DNA of 64,000 bases from an uncultured virus (IMG/VR IMGVR_UViG_3300032053_000046) (lineage: Duplodnaviria > Heunggongvirae > Uroviricota > Caudoviricetes), in IMG/VR virus record IMGVR_UViG_3300032053_000046. One strand, given 5' to 3'. Below the pieces are notes generated by a model. The model had not been told where the DNA came from. It saw only the letters and a program-made list of their open reading frames with translations, and did not search any database. Position numbers and translations under genes: made by a program. Below, in pieces: positions 39,801-48,107 of the stretch. Every line of letters begins with the position of its first letter. Position 1 is the first letter of the stretch.

Positions 39801-40523
39801 GCTGAGTATGCTCCAAGGGTTCACGCAGGACGTATATTATTTGCTGGTGGGTCATCAAGTACAGAAGAGGATTATAAGGTTGTCCATGTTCCTGAGAGTC
39901 CTGTGCTGGTTTCAACTTTTGGATCTGGGTATAAGAATATGCAGGTAATTCCCGCACGAGGGGCAGTGAATGTTCTTGATCAGCTTAATGGTGTAGGAGG
40001 TCTTGTAGGGGGACTTGTTGATTATTTGATGCATTCTTTTATGGCTCGTGCAGTTGTACCTTTTGATGGTCGGGCTTTTTCTGTGAGTAATGACATTGTG
40101 AATCAGTATTCTTTGGGAAGTGCATTTCAGTTTGTCCGAGCTATATCATGTAGTTCTTACAAAGTTAGAGATGCTTTACAGCAATTTTTCTATTCAGGGA
40201 ATTTTATTAAAGGGTTATGTACAAACCTTGCCATTTACCCTGAGTTTATTGTAAAGATTAAAGATGTTTCTGATGTTTATGCAAATATTCATGCTGTTAG
40301 TGACTATATTCGTTCTGAGGCAGTAGATTTTGATACTTTCTTTCCTATTAATTTTGGTGATAAGGTATTTGTGTCTGTGTTTTCTGTGGCAAGAACTTCG
40401 TCAGGGTGTTTAGCTATTTCGTTCTCATTCGGGTCAGAGAATCCTGCAAACAGTTCTTTTTCTTCGGATGCATTTGCATCAATGATGGTTCCTTGTGGCC
40501 GACATCTTTTGAAGTCAAGATAG
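36828..40523 (+). CDS. Tail fibre / receptor-binding protein with propeller-like domain
   Basis: 1231 aa; RQDMVFLEVW, PICLVQRRN, GRPD...DVMDMRH; Asp-box-like S.DG..W repeats. Confidence 0.75.
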   Translation: MSLPTTIKNDLGHGPASLNPWSNLNPAPDPNSYLNWGSSQNYASGDPYNINYWDTSTPVYAPAEKPVFQSLGGRDSLIAKKVDDVIDYLSGVDFSSGALSSVEREAFYRRSLAASGFLSGNTGDVKNASLISDVNVVVGDLMCVSSETNKVFIQTDSNGTDIVALVNGYQLVLSQTQDSAYRIGVSLPTPPNLPTTTRQDMVFLEVWRERIDLVVPKFFYYGNTQYGGGVLSDDSSPTLIAASDYPYVIGTVNGTYDSTHPSVVGTVYLDKTTGHLIQIRYRIRVFSLDFVVTSVNPLSAHNVLTSSGLWAFGQKGSNSTSHFLSTFGDYGLFTASGDANLGVGGLAWCVPICLVQRRNSGAFSLDNINGGSGRPDLLTASGIVDRDVMDMRHTVTLGNFDLGEVYERTMYKLMSGSLGTYWHEQYVNPTGSSSTQLDIYGNKQVEGLGIRAASFSGTNQIRRKINTNNGISASPDGMRMVWSDAEEIQSCVCYIPNGSNDDIFPYGFFKYTSTSHIIEIDVRNLAAWVSGDINRVQFTGQTPMFTWANNGAPVAISWDQLVGNVLTGTIQQFGGGYASQGWNDGHTTDAMTGEAFIKFSRGSSFLDRTPVWKGAKNIYLTSDGTPLMEPFGYNIYEPLGFDEQIRKVNTFAFISDKIYNGIDFLHINSQSIPFGCCMKDSDDYYKFWVSIVGSFYLYKSTDINNFSVSPVVCSGIANGVSVVSISIVKDSPSSYKAFVVDRSTITLVRYSSTDGVVWTSPSPCNLYYPSRVSVIYDTTVSKFKIWYVDITYNSLWYSESSDGITWDSPINTQLSNSSAPINPDYIDDVCVIKETKGGVSLYKIWLQATDAPDVMRDGFSDLVPANTIRYKKIFYGVSNNGKYWTISSVPRWQAENNYLTYQDAVYPETLTFFNVFKDSKVYRTFAAKSFKILSSNPARNITFSKVVLGMIDRSGVGTSQNGTYSGRGAMDHAIRYDDSIGSLPDDSFILFAEYAPRVHAGRILFAGGSSSTEEDYKVVHVPESPVLVSTFGSGYKNMQVIPARGAVNVLDQLNGVGGLVGGLVDYLMHSFMARAVVPFDGRAFSVSNDIVNQYSLGSAFQFVRAISCSSYKVRDALQQFFYSGNFIKGLCTNLAIYPEFIVKIKDVSDVYANIHAVSDYIRSEAVDFDTFFPINFGDKVFVSVFSVARTSSGCLAISFSFGSENPANSSFSSDAFASMMVPCGRHLLKSR

Positions 40524-40555
40524 TTTGTTTGACAATAAACCGGGAGTGAAATTTT

Positions 40556-41728
40556 ATGAATACTGGTGGAAGTGTTAAGGGGTTTTCTCTTTTGTTGAAG
40601 AATTGTATTAATCATTGTTTTAACCCACAGTTTTTGTCTGTATCTTCTACGTTACCTAGAGTTATTATTAATAGTGGGGATGAATTTGCAGATAAATGGC
40701 ATGTTGACTCAAATTTTTCATATTTAGTAAATCCCGGTGCTGGATTACCAATATCTTCTGCTGAGGTATTTACTGTAGATACTTCTTCTTTTTATGGGGG
40801 TATTAAGGCAGTTATTGGGAATATTTTAGATCCTTCTTTTGCTGTTAAAAGTCATTCTGTATGGCAGAAAATTCCAAAGGATCTTTGTGTTGGTCAAGTG
40901 GTTACTTTTTCATGTGATGTTCTTACAAGTCTACCTAATGTTAAGATAGGAATATTCAAGAGGAAGATTTCTGGTGGGGTTTTGACGGAGTTTACAGATG
41001 TAAGGGGCAGCTACAATCATATCGGTGATGGTAGATCACATAGATTGTGGGTAACTGCCTCACTTTTACCTAATGATGTTAATTTTGGAGAGTTGGTAAT
41101 TTATATTTCTTGTGGAGGATTTACACCATATAAACTAACTGGTGGATTACTTACACTTTTTGAAGCTGGAAATTGTAGCTTTGTTGTTGGTGGGTATGAT
41201 GTTCTTCCATATATTGAAAGTCGGGATAAGCACTCCGATGAGGTGATGAATGATTCTACTGTTGTGGGGAGGACTGTTAAGGATGCTTTGAATGTGTGTC
41301 CAAGTACAATAGGTGAGTTTTATAATGCTTCTGTTCTTGTTACAGGACTTCTCTATTCTGTTACTTGCTCTGTTAATGGAAAGAAGATATTTTATCCGGG
41401 TATAAATCCAAATACAGTAGTTAGGTTAGAAATTTCTAACATAGTTGGAAGTGTTGATGGATCGGGAACATTATCTTTACCTTCTGCTATTATACCAGTA
41501 GGGTTTAGACCACTTGCAAGTAATCGTGCCCGATTTTCTATAGTGGGGGAGGTTGGTGGTGGTATTCCGGGAGCTAATTTACCAGCAAGTATGGAAATTG
41601 ATTCATCGGGAAATTTAGGATTTGCAGTGTTGAAGGCAGGGGTATTGTCTTTTTCAGGTTGGCCTACCGGTACAGGAGTAGATGGAATAAACATTTCCCC
41701 TTTGTGTGTTGAGTATCCTATTATTTAA
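40556..41728 (+). CDS. Distal tail fibre / carbohydrate-binding-like protein
   Basis: N.CFNP.F start, WQKI...GQVVTFSCDV, IPVGFRP C-terminal motif. Confidence 0.6.
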   Translation: MNTGGSVKGFSLLLKNCINHCFNPQFLSVSSTLPRVIINSGDEFADKWHVDSNFSYLVNPGAGLPISSAEVFTVDTSSFYGGIKAVIGNILDPSFAVKSHSVWQKIPKDLCVGQVVTFSCDVLTSLPNVKIGIFKRKISGGVLTEFTDVRGSYNHIGDGRSHRLWVTASLLPNDVNFGELVIYISCGGFTPYKLTGGLLTLFEAGNCSFVVGGYDVLPYIESRDKHSDEVMNDSTVVGRTVKDALNVCPSTIGEFYNASVLVTGLLYSVTCSVNGKKIFYPGINPNTVVRLEISNIVGSVDGSGTLSLPSAIIPVGFRPLASNRARFSIVGEVGGGIPGANLPASMEIDSSGNLGFAVLKAGVLSFSGWPTGTGVDGINISPLCVEYPII

Positions 41729-41798
41729 GGTATTTTTTATGTTCTTTCGTATTATTAGTAGTGTTGTCTTTGTTTAATCACATTCATAGGAGGTTTCA

Positions 41799-42260
41799 GT
41801 GATTCATTCGTATGTGAAGTTTTCCGAGTTTGTTACAGATGTAACTAAGCATACCGTGTTTTATAGGCTACGGTTCTTTCAGCCGAGTCCTCAAGAGGCA
41901 CCTATCCTTCCTGATGTAAAAATGATTGGGGAGATGAGGTTTACATGTGCGGTTGGACAGGCTGTGAAGACGTTTCTTAGGCAGCATCTTTTCAAAAATG
42001 ATTCTCCCACAGATAATCCTGAGAAGGAAGAGTTTAGTATAGAGTTTAAGCTGCTGTGTGATTGTCTGAAATCCCAGAAGTGTTCTTTGATTGTTGGTGA
42101 GGTTGGGGATACGATTTTGAGCGGGGACATAGACGTACCAGAGATCCCTGAAAGAGTAAAGAGTATCATGGAGAAGCTGATAGAGGCAAGGAATAATGGC
42201 GCAGGCAAGCCTGAGTCTGTGCCTGTTCCAGTTTCCGAAGTTGTTGCTTCAATTTCTTGA
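41799..42260 (+). CDS. Hypothetical protein
   Basis: AGGAGG RBS, GTG start. Confidence 0.65.
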   Translation: MIHSYVKFSEFVTDVTKHTVFYRLRFFQPSPQEAPILPDVKMIGEMRFTCAVGQAVKTFLRQHLFKNDSPTDNPEKEEFSIEFKLLCDCLKSQKCSLIVGEVGDTILSGDIDVPEIPERVKSIMEKLIEARNNGAGKPESVPVPVSEVVASIS

Positions 42261-42286
42261 TTTTAATGTGTATTTGTTGTATATTG

Positions 42287-42321
42287 ACCCTACGGGATTG
42301 TGTCTCGTGGGGTTTTTCTTT
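42287..42321 (+). terminator. Terminator-like hairpin at the structural/replication boundary
   Basis: ACCCTACGGGA-ttgtg-TCTCGTGGGGT followed by TTTTCTTT. Confidence 0.75.
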
Positions 42322-42352
42322 AGGATTTCTGGCATATTTCGTATAGGTAGGT

Positions 42353-43306
42353 ATGGAAACACACGTTGAACCTCAGACAGAACTGCGTCCTCTGTACGGA
42401 AATATCAATAAGGTATTTCTTGTGGACGCTTCATGGCTACTTCATAAGTCTTTTTTTGGGTATCCTGATTTCAGTATGTTGGATGAGCGGACGGGGATAG
42501 TAACATCTACCGGAGATATTCATGGGTTTCTTTATGGTTTGTTGATGATAATACGAAGAAGTCCAGATGCATCTATTATTTTGTGTCTTGACTCAAGAAA
42601 TAACACCAGAAAAGAAGAAAATTCCGAGTATAAGGCTGACCGAGAGTTTAGACCTGAGATATGGTCTAAGTTGTTTGAGATAATTCAGTCTGCTTCTTTG
42701 TTTCCTCATGTATACTTGTCTGCCTCTGATGGTTTTGAGGGTGATGATGTAGTGTATACACTGGCAAAGAGGTTTTCTGGTGTTGTACCAGAAGTTTTGA
42801 TTTATGGGTACGATAAAGATCTTATGCAGTCTGTTTCTGATAGATGTTTCTTATGGAATAAATGTGAAGGGCAGAAGTTCTTGAAGAGGGGTGTGGCCGA
42901 AGTCAAGGAAATCTTCGAGGGTTGTGAGCCTCAAAATACATCATTCTTTCGGTCGTTGTGCGGAGGGGATAGTAGTGACTCAATGAAGGCGGCGTATCCT
43001 CGTTTCCCGCACAGGCTTGGTGTGCAAGTGGCAAACCTGTTTGGATGTCCAGAGAATTTTTTGAAATCTGACTACTATGGGGAGAAGAAGTGTGACAAGA
43101 AGTGGATTGAGATGCTACGAGATAACCCTGACCCTATGATGTCTGTGTACAATATTATGAAGTCTCGATTTATTGAGAATCTTCCTGTCTATAGATGTAA
43201 TTCTTCTTGGGAGTATATTACCCGTTATAGACTAAAGGTAGTGCAGGGTGATTTTGAGAAGTTTCTTTTATTCTCAAGTGGGGGGTATGTTTCGTTACGA
43301 CTTTAA
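42353..43306 (+). CDS. 5'-3' exonuclease / flap endonuclease (T4 RNase H / PolA N-terminal-like)
   Basis: LVDAS, RKE...EYKADR, GFEGDDV, DKDLMQ, GGDSSD motifs. Confidence 0.92.
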   Translation: METHVEPQTELRPLYGNINKVFLVDASWLLHKSFFGYPDFSMLDERTGIVTSTGDIHGFLYGLLMIIRRSPDASIILCLDSRNNTRKEENSEYKADREFRPEIWSKLFEIIQSASLFPHVYLSASDGFEGDDVVYTLAKRFSGVVPEVLIYGYDKDLMQSVSDRCFLWNKCEGQKFLKRGVAEVKEIFEGCEPQNTSFFRSLCGGDSSDSMKAAYPRFPHRLGVQVANLFGCPENFLKSDYYGEKKCDKKWIEMLRDNPDPMMSVYNIMKSRFIENLPVYRCNSSWEYITRYRLKVVQGDFEKFLLFSSGGYVSLRL

Positions 43307-43320
43307 TAGGAGGCTGAAAT

Positions 43321-43824
43321 ATGCTTTCTTTATTACGAAAACTCTTGAAATTATTTGGATATTATGATAGTAGAGAGATAAAAGATAACATTCGGAAAGC
43401 AATAGAGTATGGGGCGTTTCATAAGAAACAGGTTGCTGAGATTCACAAGTTGGAGCTTGATAAGTGGGTAGAGGGAGAGAAGATAAAGAAAGATCCGGGT
43501 GAGGAGTTTGTTGAAAGGTGGGTAGGTGAGGATGGTAAGGCTTTTCACGAGCGGTTTGTAATTAGCAGATGTAGGTTGTGTGTCAATGTATATAAGTGTC
43601 CTCACGTAACTTCACCTGACTGTGTTTCATACTCACCAGAACTAACAAGTAGTTCTGTGTATGTTATTAAAGAGGTTCTTTTACTTCTGATTGCAGAGAA
43701 GGTTCTCAAGAGGGATGACGAGATAATCAAATCTGTTTGTTCTTACTACGACATATCTTTGGATAGTAATGATGATGCAGACTTATACAGTGAACGACGC
43801 GGAGATACGAAGGGAGTATCGTAA
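43321..43824 (+). CDS. Hypothetical Cys-cluster protein
   Basis: AGGAGG RBS; CxxC...C...C. Confidence 0.6.
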   Translation: MLSLLRKLLKLFGYYDSREIKDNIRKAIEYGAFHKKQVAEIHKLELDKWVEGEKIKKDPGEEFVERWVGEDGKAFHERFVISRCRLCVNVYKCPHVTSPDCVSYSPELTSSSVYVIKEVLLLLIAEKVLKRDDEIIKSVCSYYDISLDSNDDADLYSERRGDTKGVS

Positions 43825-43963
43825 GACTCAACGATATAAGGGCGTACATTTTTCTATAGTTCAAAACGAGGTGAGATCCTTTCAGGTTGTTAATCGCCAA
43901 GGTGAGGTTGATGCTGAATTTGTAGACATGAAGAATGGTTCTTCTTTGGTGAAACATATATAG
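43769..43963 (+). CDS. Hypothetical protein
   Basis: 64-aa ORF bridging to the next gene; overlaps upstream gene. Confidence 0.4.
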   Translation: MMMQTYTVNDAEIRREYRKTQRYKGVHFSIVQNEVRSFQVVNRQGEVDAEFVDMKNGSSLVKHI

Positions 43964-43973
43964 GGAGAAGATC

Positions 43974-44369
43974 ATGGGCCTGCCTGTGCAGAATGGTGAT
44001 ACAAGAAAGACAATAGCCGTTGATTTTGACGGTGTGATTGCGGACTACTCTGAGGGCTTCAAAGGCAGAGGCAGATTTGGGATGCCTATTGAGGGTGCAA
44101 GTAAGTTTTTGAAAAAATTGAGAGACGATGGCTGGAAGATCATTATTTGGACGGCGAGGGATGAGCTAGGGCAGGTTAGGCAGTATCTTGAGTCGAATGA
44201 CATCCCTTTTGATCATATAAATGATAACCCAGATCAGATAACCAACAGCCGTAAGTGCGTTTCTGACATATATTTAGACGATAGAGGGGTTACTTTTACA
44301 GGTGATTGGGAGAAGGCATATCAGGACGTGAAAGGTTTTGTCTCGTGGGAGGGTCGTAAGCGAAACTGA
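43974..44369 (+). CDS. HAD-superfamily protein (PNKP-phosphatase-like)
   Basis: IAVDFDGVI, IIIWTAR, K...DIYLDDR. Confidence 0.85.
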   Translation: MGLPVQNGDTRKTIAVDFDGVIADYSEGFKGRGRFGMPIEGASKFLKKLRDDGWKIIIWTARDELGQVRQYLESNDIPFDHINDNPDQITNSRKCVSDIYLDDRGVTFTGDWEKAYQDVKGFVSWEGRKRN

Positions 44370-44375
44370 CTTGGG

Positions 44376-44405
44376 TTTACGTTTTTGGTCGCAGAAGCGT
44401 ATAAT
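44376..44405 (+). promoter_or_regulatory. Putative sigma70 promoter for the RNA cluster
   Basis: TTTACG-18 bp-TATAAT. Confidence 0.5.
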
Positions 44406-44411
44406 GTTGTA

Positions 44412-44602
44412 GGGTATCGTGTCCGGGGCGTGTGGAATTGATCAATCTATTATCAGGGTGTACAACCTGACCACGCTCTCGGCTCGGTATCTTTGATTGT
44501 GGGGTATTGTTGCCGGAGGGTGTGGGCTGAAAAAGTCTCAGTGCCGGGCTATTTTGTGCTTGGTAGTTGCAACCACTGAGATGCCAGCCTGCCAGCATTT
44601 TT
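44412..44602 (+). ncRNA. Two putative structured RNA elements upstream of tmRNA
   Basis: Stems GGGTATCG/CGGTATCT plus GGGGCGTG/CACGCTCT-type pairing (44412-44492); GTGGGCTG/CAGCCTGC and TCTCAGTG/CACTGAGA (44522-44592). Confidence 0.45.
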
Positions 44603-44611
44603 CATTTTAGG

Positions 44612-45025
44612 GGGGGTGATCTGGTTTTCGACAGAATGTATAAAGTATTGACTGCGTGTTGAGGAGGGTTCTCCCGGTTGGCCTCATAAATCGTCCGGGG
44701 GAGATGTTAGCTGCCGAGAAATCGACGGTCAACGCTGGTGTTGCTTTTGCGCTTCGCTTCGCGGCGATGTGTGATCTGGCGATGCCAGTTGTCAGCGTCG
44801 CCTAACTAAAGGTGACTAGCCCACACAAGTATCCGAGTGTGTGGGCGAAAGTAGGGTTAGGTGCAAGTGGGTGGTTTCATGACATAAAGCACCGAAAAAT
44901 ACCTGAAACTTGGTGGTAAGTATTTTGGCCTCAGTATACTTATCATGACACTTAACTGAGACTACACACGTAGATGTCAATATTGAGTATTTTCTGGACG
45001 GGGGTTCAATTCCCCCCCACCTCCA
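44612..45025 (+). ncRNA. ssrA: tmRNA
   Basis: 5' GGGGGTGATCTGGTTTTCGAC; 3' GGACGGGGG-TTCAATT-CCCCC..CACCTCCA; acceptor stem with G3-U alanine determinant; tag ORF 44713-44805 after TTAGCT; CCA not encoded. Confidence 0.93.
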
Positions 45026-45044
45026 CTTGTTTCTTTGTTTATTG

Positions 45045-45138
45045 GAGTGTTTGGTGATGCTCCTACCTTCTTCTTTTCTTCGGAGTCAATTGGCTCAATC
45101 CTTTATGGATAATACCATAGTGGAGAAGGCTAACACTC
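45045..45138 (+). ncRNA. Putative structured element downstream of tmRNA
   Basis: GAGTGTT/AACACTC closing stem, CCTTCT/AGAAGG and TATGG/CCATA inner stems. Confidence 0.35.
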
Positions 45139-45165
45139 ATACATATAATGTTCTGTTTCTCTAAA

Positions 45166-45201
45166 AAATAAGAGAAGAGAATAAAATTTCTTCTCTTATT
45201 T
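45166..45201. repeat. 13-bp perfect inverted repeat
   Basis: AAATAAGAGAAGA-10 nt-TCTTCTCTTATTT. Confidence 0.8.
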
Positions 45202-45249
45202 GAATGATTATTAGGGGTTAGTTGAATATATTAGGAAAGGTCATAGTCA

Positions 45250-45429
45250 ATGTCAATTGTTTCAAGACCTACAAGTAATAAAATCAGTGATGAAGATTGG
45301 GGAAGGATATTTGATAAGAGAGATCAGAAGATTTGTACGCATAGTGTAGCTTATCCTACTGGTGTTCCCGGCCAGTACAAATGTAAGTATTGTGATGAGA
45401 TTTTTGAGTTAGACCCTCCGAGGGAGTAA
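45250..45429 (+). CDS. 59-aa protein with putative Zn ribbon (not in ORF track)
   Basis: MSIVSRPTSNKISDEDWGRIF...CTH...CKYC; stop overlaps helicase ATG. Confidence 0.65.
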   Translation: MSIVSRPTSNKISDEDWGRIFDKRDQKICTHSVAYPTGVPGQYKCKYCDEIFELDPPRE

Positions 45430-46910
45430 TGCCCCATTTCGAGACATTGTTGCTGGAAGAACAGGCTGAGGCGGTAAAGATACTGTCTCAGCCTGTTGAT
45501 CATTTACTAGCTTTTGGAACAGGCTTGGGTAAGACGTATGCTGCGTTAGCGGCTTACGAGGCTGTGAGGAGAAAGAATCCTGCTGGTAAGTTTCATCTTC
45601 TTGTAGTTTGTACAAAATCAGCAACAGTGACATGGCGTAAAGAGATTGAGAGTAAGACTAATTACAAATACTTCTTGTGTCGTTCTGAGTGGACATTACA
45701 GGAGTATGGCCCTTTGTTTCCTGGGGATGAGGATATAACGATTGTAACGTATCATCAGTTGGAAGAAGCAAGATTCTACCTTGAGAAGTTGTTCTTGACA
45801 AATAAGGTTATCTTAGTTCTTGATGAAATGCACAAGATTAAGAATAGAAAGTTTTACAGGGATAATGATAAGAACAAGGGCATGACTTGGTATGGTCTGT
45901 GTAAGGTTTTGAGGCAGCATAGTTTAGTAACGTGGGGACTAACCGCAACTCCCCTGTTAAACCACATAGAAGACCTGTTCGTGTTAGTAGATTTCCTATT
46001 TCCGAAGGTATTGGGAACAAAGACATCGTACATGAGGCAGTTTACAATTCAGAAGATGCGGAAGATGGGGTTGATTACATTCTTTGAGGTTGTGGGATAC
46101 AGGAACCTTAATATCCTGCACGAGATAATCAAGCCGTATGTGTTGGTGAGATTCAGAGAGTATGATGTAAGATTCATTAGTGAGGTTGTAGAGTTGACAC
46201 CTGAAGAGAATACCCTATACCTTCGTGCGGCAATGGGTATTCTTGGTGGTACTTACAAGGATTTTGCGGCAAGACTTCCTGACTTACAGCGTGCGGCAGA
46301 CACCGGGGGAGACGGAGAAGATTTATCTAAAGTTTCATCAAAAGAGCGACGATGTGTAGAGCTTGTTGCTAAGAAGTTGGCCGAGGACAAGGCAGTGATC
46401 GTGTATTCATCCCTGAAGGATCCTGTGGATAGGCTGAAGAAGCTGTTTAAGAAGGAGTTCCCTGACGTAGATATATATGTGATTACAGGGGCAACGTCTT
46501 TGGAGAAGAGGGAAGATGTTGTTGAAAGTTTTAAGAAAAAATCAATTATTGTTATGACAGGTGCAGGTGGTGAGAGTTTGAATCTTCAGGTGTCGAATAC
46601 GGTGATATTCTTCAACCTGACGTTTTCAATAGGGGAGTTTGTGCAGGTGGTAGGCCGAGTCGTGCGAGTGAACACCGAGCACAACTTCATGGAGATATTC
46701 ATAATTGAGGCTAAAGACACGATAGATACCTACAAGAGGTTGATGTTAGAGCATAATGCAGACAAGATTAAGAAGGTTATTTCTCAAAACCCTAACCTAC
46801 CTGAGATTGATTCAGAACCAACTAAAGATTATATAATCAAGATGCGTAAGGATTTGTTGTGGAAGAAGAAAGAGTTACGAGGGTTAGCAAAAGGGAAAGT
46901 GTATGTCTGA
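45429..46910 (+). CDS. SNF2-family (SF2) helicase
   Basis: GTGLGKT, DEMH, LTATP, GESLNL, QVVGRVVR. Confidence 0.92.
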   Translation: MPHFETLLLEEQAEAVKILSQPVDHLLAFGTGLGKTYAALAAYEAVRRKNPAGKFHLLVVCTKSATVTWRKEIESKTNYKYFLCRSEWTLQEYGPLFPGDEDITIVTYHQLEEARFYLEKLFLTNKVILVLDEMHKIKNRKFYRDNDKNKGMTWYGLCKVLRQHSLVTWGLTATPLLNHIEDLFVLVDFLFPKVLGTKTSYMRQFTIQKMRKMGLITFFEVVGYRNLNILHEIIKPYVLVRFREYDVRFISEVVELTPEENTLYLRAAMGILGGTYKDFAARLPDLQRAADTGGDGEDLSKVSSKERRCVELVAKKLAEDKAVIVYSSLKDPVDRLKKLFKKEFPDVDIYVITGATSLEKREDVVESFKKKSIIVMTGAGGESLNLQVSNTVIFFNLTFSIGEFVQVVGRVVRVNTEHNFMEIFIIEAKDTIDTYKRLMLEHNADKIKKVISQNPNLPEIDSEPTKDYIIKMRKDLLWKKKELRGLAKGKVYV

Positions 46911-47754
46911 TTGTCCTCTATGTAAGGGTGAGAATTACTATAAGAAGGATGACCTATGGGTTGCCTGTGAGTGTTACAGGTACACTTCGATGCAGAAGAT
47001 GATTCAGATGTCAATAGGTGATGTTATTGGGGATTTGGGAATAGTGGATAAACTGAAGAACGAGAATCTTGACCGGGATATAGTATTCTTTGTAAACGTA
47101 GATGATGTTCGTATTATCAATTGGGCAGCAGCTTATTTTTGGACAAAGACAGGGTTTTCAGGCTCTTTCAGGAAGATAGAGACAGAAGATGTTATTAAGA
47201 TTTTCATGCAGTCGAATCCAGAGGTGGAGCCTTGCAAGAGCCTGTCTGATTTAGCGGGGTATAAACATCTTGCCTTGTTTGTGGGATTCCATGACCCTAC
47301 AAACAATCTTATGCCGACTCTTATTGCGAATCTGGTTGAACGTAGGCAGATGCAGGACAGGCACACATGGGTTTTTGTAAAGGGGAGAGAGTTCCCGCTG
47401 TATAGCAAGTATTACTACACGAAGGTAGGCCAGAGGGTTTTAGGGGATGTTGTTGGGGATGTAGTTCTGTCTGAGTTTTTCAAAAAAGCGAAGTTTGGTT
47501 TACTAACATACGGGTGTGATGTACCGAAGTCGTGGGGTGGTGTGGCTGGTAGTGACCCGTGTAAGACACAGAAACAAGAGGCACCTCTTGTAGAGCAAAA
47601 GTTAGATACGGTTTTGGTGAGTAGGCCGGTTGTAGATAAGCCGGTTGAGAAGAGAAAGGCAAAGAGTTCCGCAGACATAAAATTAACCTACACAGCGTCA
47701 GACCCGTCAAGAAGTCCAATGCCTCCAAGGAAAGGACCGAGCCGTAAATTATGA
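46903..47754 (+). CDS. DnaC/DnaI-like helicase loader, degenerate
   Basis: N-terminal CPLC.G...CEC; LIANLVERR...TWVF resembles the DnaC C-terminus; no Walker A seen. Confidence 0.5.
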   Translation: MSDCPLCKGENYYKKDDLWVACECYRYTSMQKMIQMSIGDVIGDLGIVDKLKNENLDRDIVFFVNVDDVRIINWAAAYFWTKTGFSGSFRKIETEDVIKIFMQSNPEVEPCKSLSDLAGYKHLALFVGFHDPTNNLMPTLIANLVERRQMQDRHTWVFVKGREFPLYSKYYYTKVGQRVLGDVVGDVVLSEFFKKAKFGLLTYGCDVPKSWGGVAGSDPCKTQKQEAPLVEQKLDTVLVSRPVVDKPVEKRKAKSSADIKLTYTASDPSRSPMPPRKGPSRKL

Positions 47755-48107
47755 AAATCTCAGTTATGCTTGACAAGGAATCGCTTGACATCCTGAGTAT
47801 AGTTCTTGGTCAGGGTGGTCACGAGTATGAGGCTGTGAAAAGCCTTAAAGATATGACCACGAAGTACCTGCTTATCTCAAATAATAAGTTGTCTTTTCTT
47901 AGGTATTGGTTTATTAGGTGGAGTGGAATTACCTACATAGTCGTGAAGGATTCCCCGTCTGTGGTGTCCAGATTATCAAGATGGTTTTATCTTCATGCTG
48001 TAGGGGAAATAGCATACCCAACAAAGTCAACGGAAATTGACAAGTGCATCAGGGCGATGATTATTTCTTCCTACAAGAACAAGAAAAAAGATGCCAGAAC
48101 AAAGTAG
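47751..48107 (+). CDS. Hypothetical protein, possible receiver-like fold
   Basis: Translationally coupled; alternating beta/alpha pattern. Confidence 0.55.
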   Translation: MKISVMLDKESLDILSIVLGQGGHEYEAVKSLKDMTTKYLLISNNKLSFLRYWFIRWSGITYIVVKDSPSVVSRLSRWFYLHAVGEIAYPTKSTEIDKCIRAMIISSYKNKKKDARTK

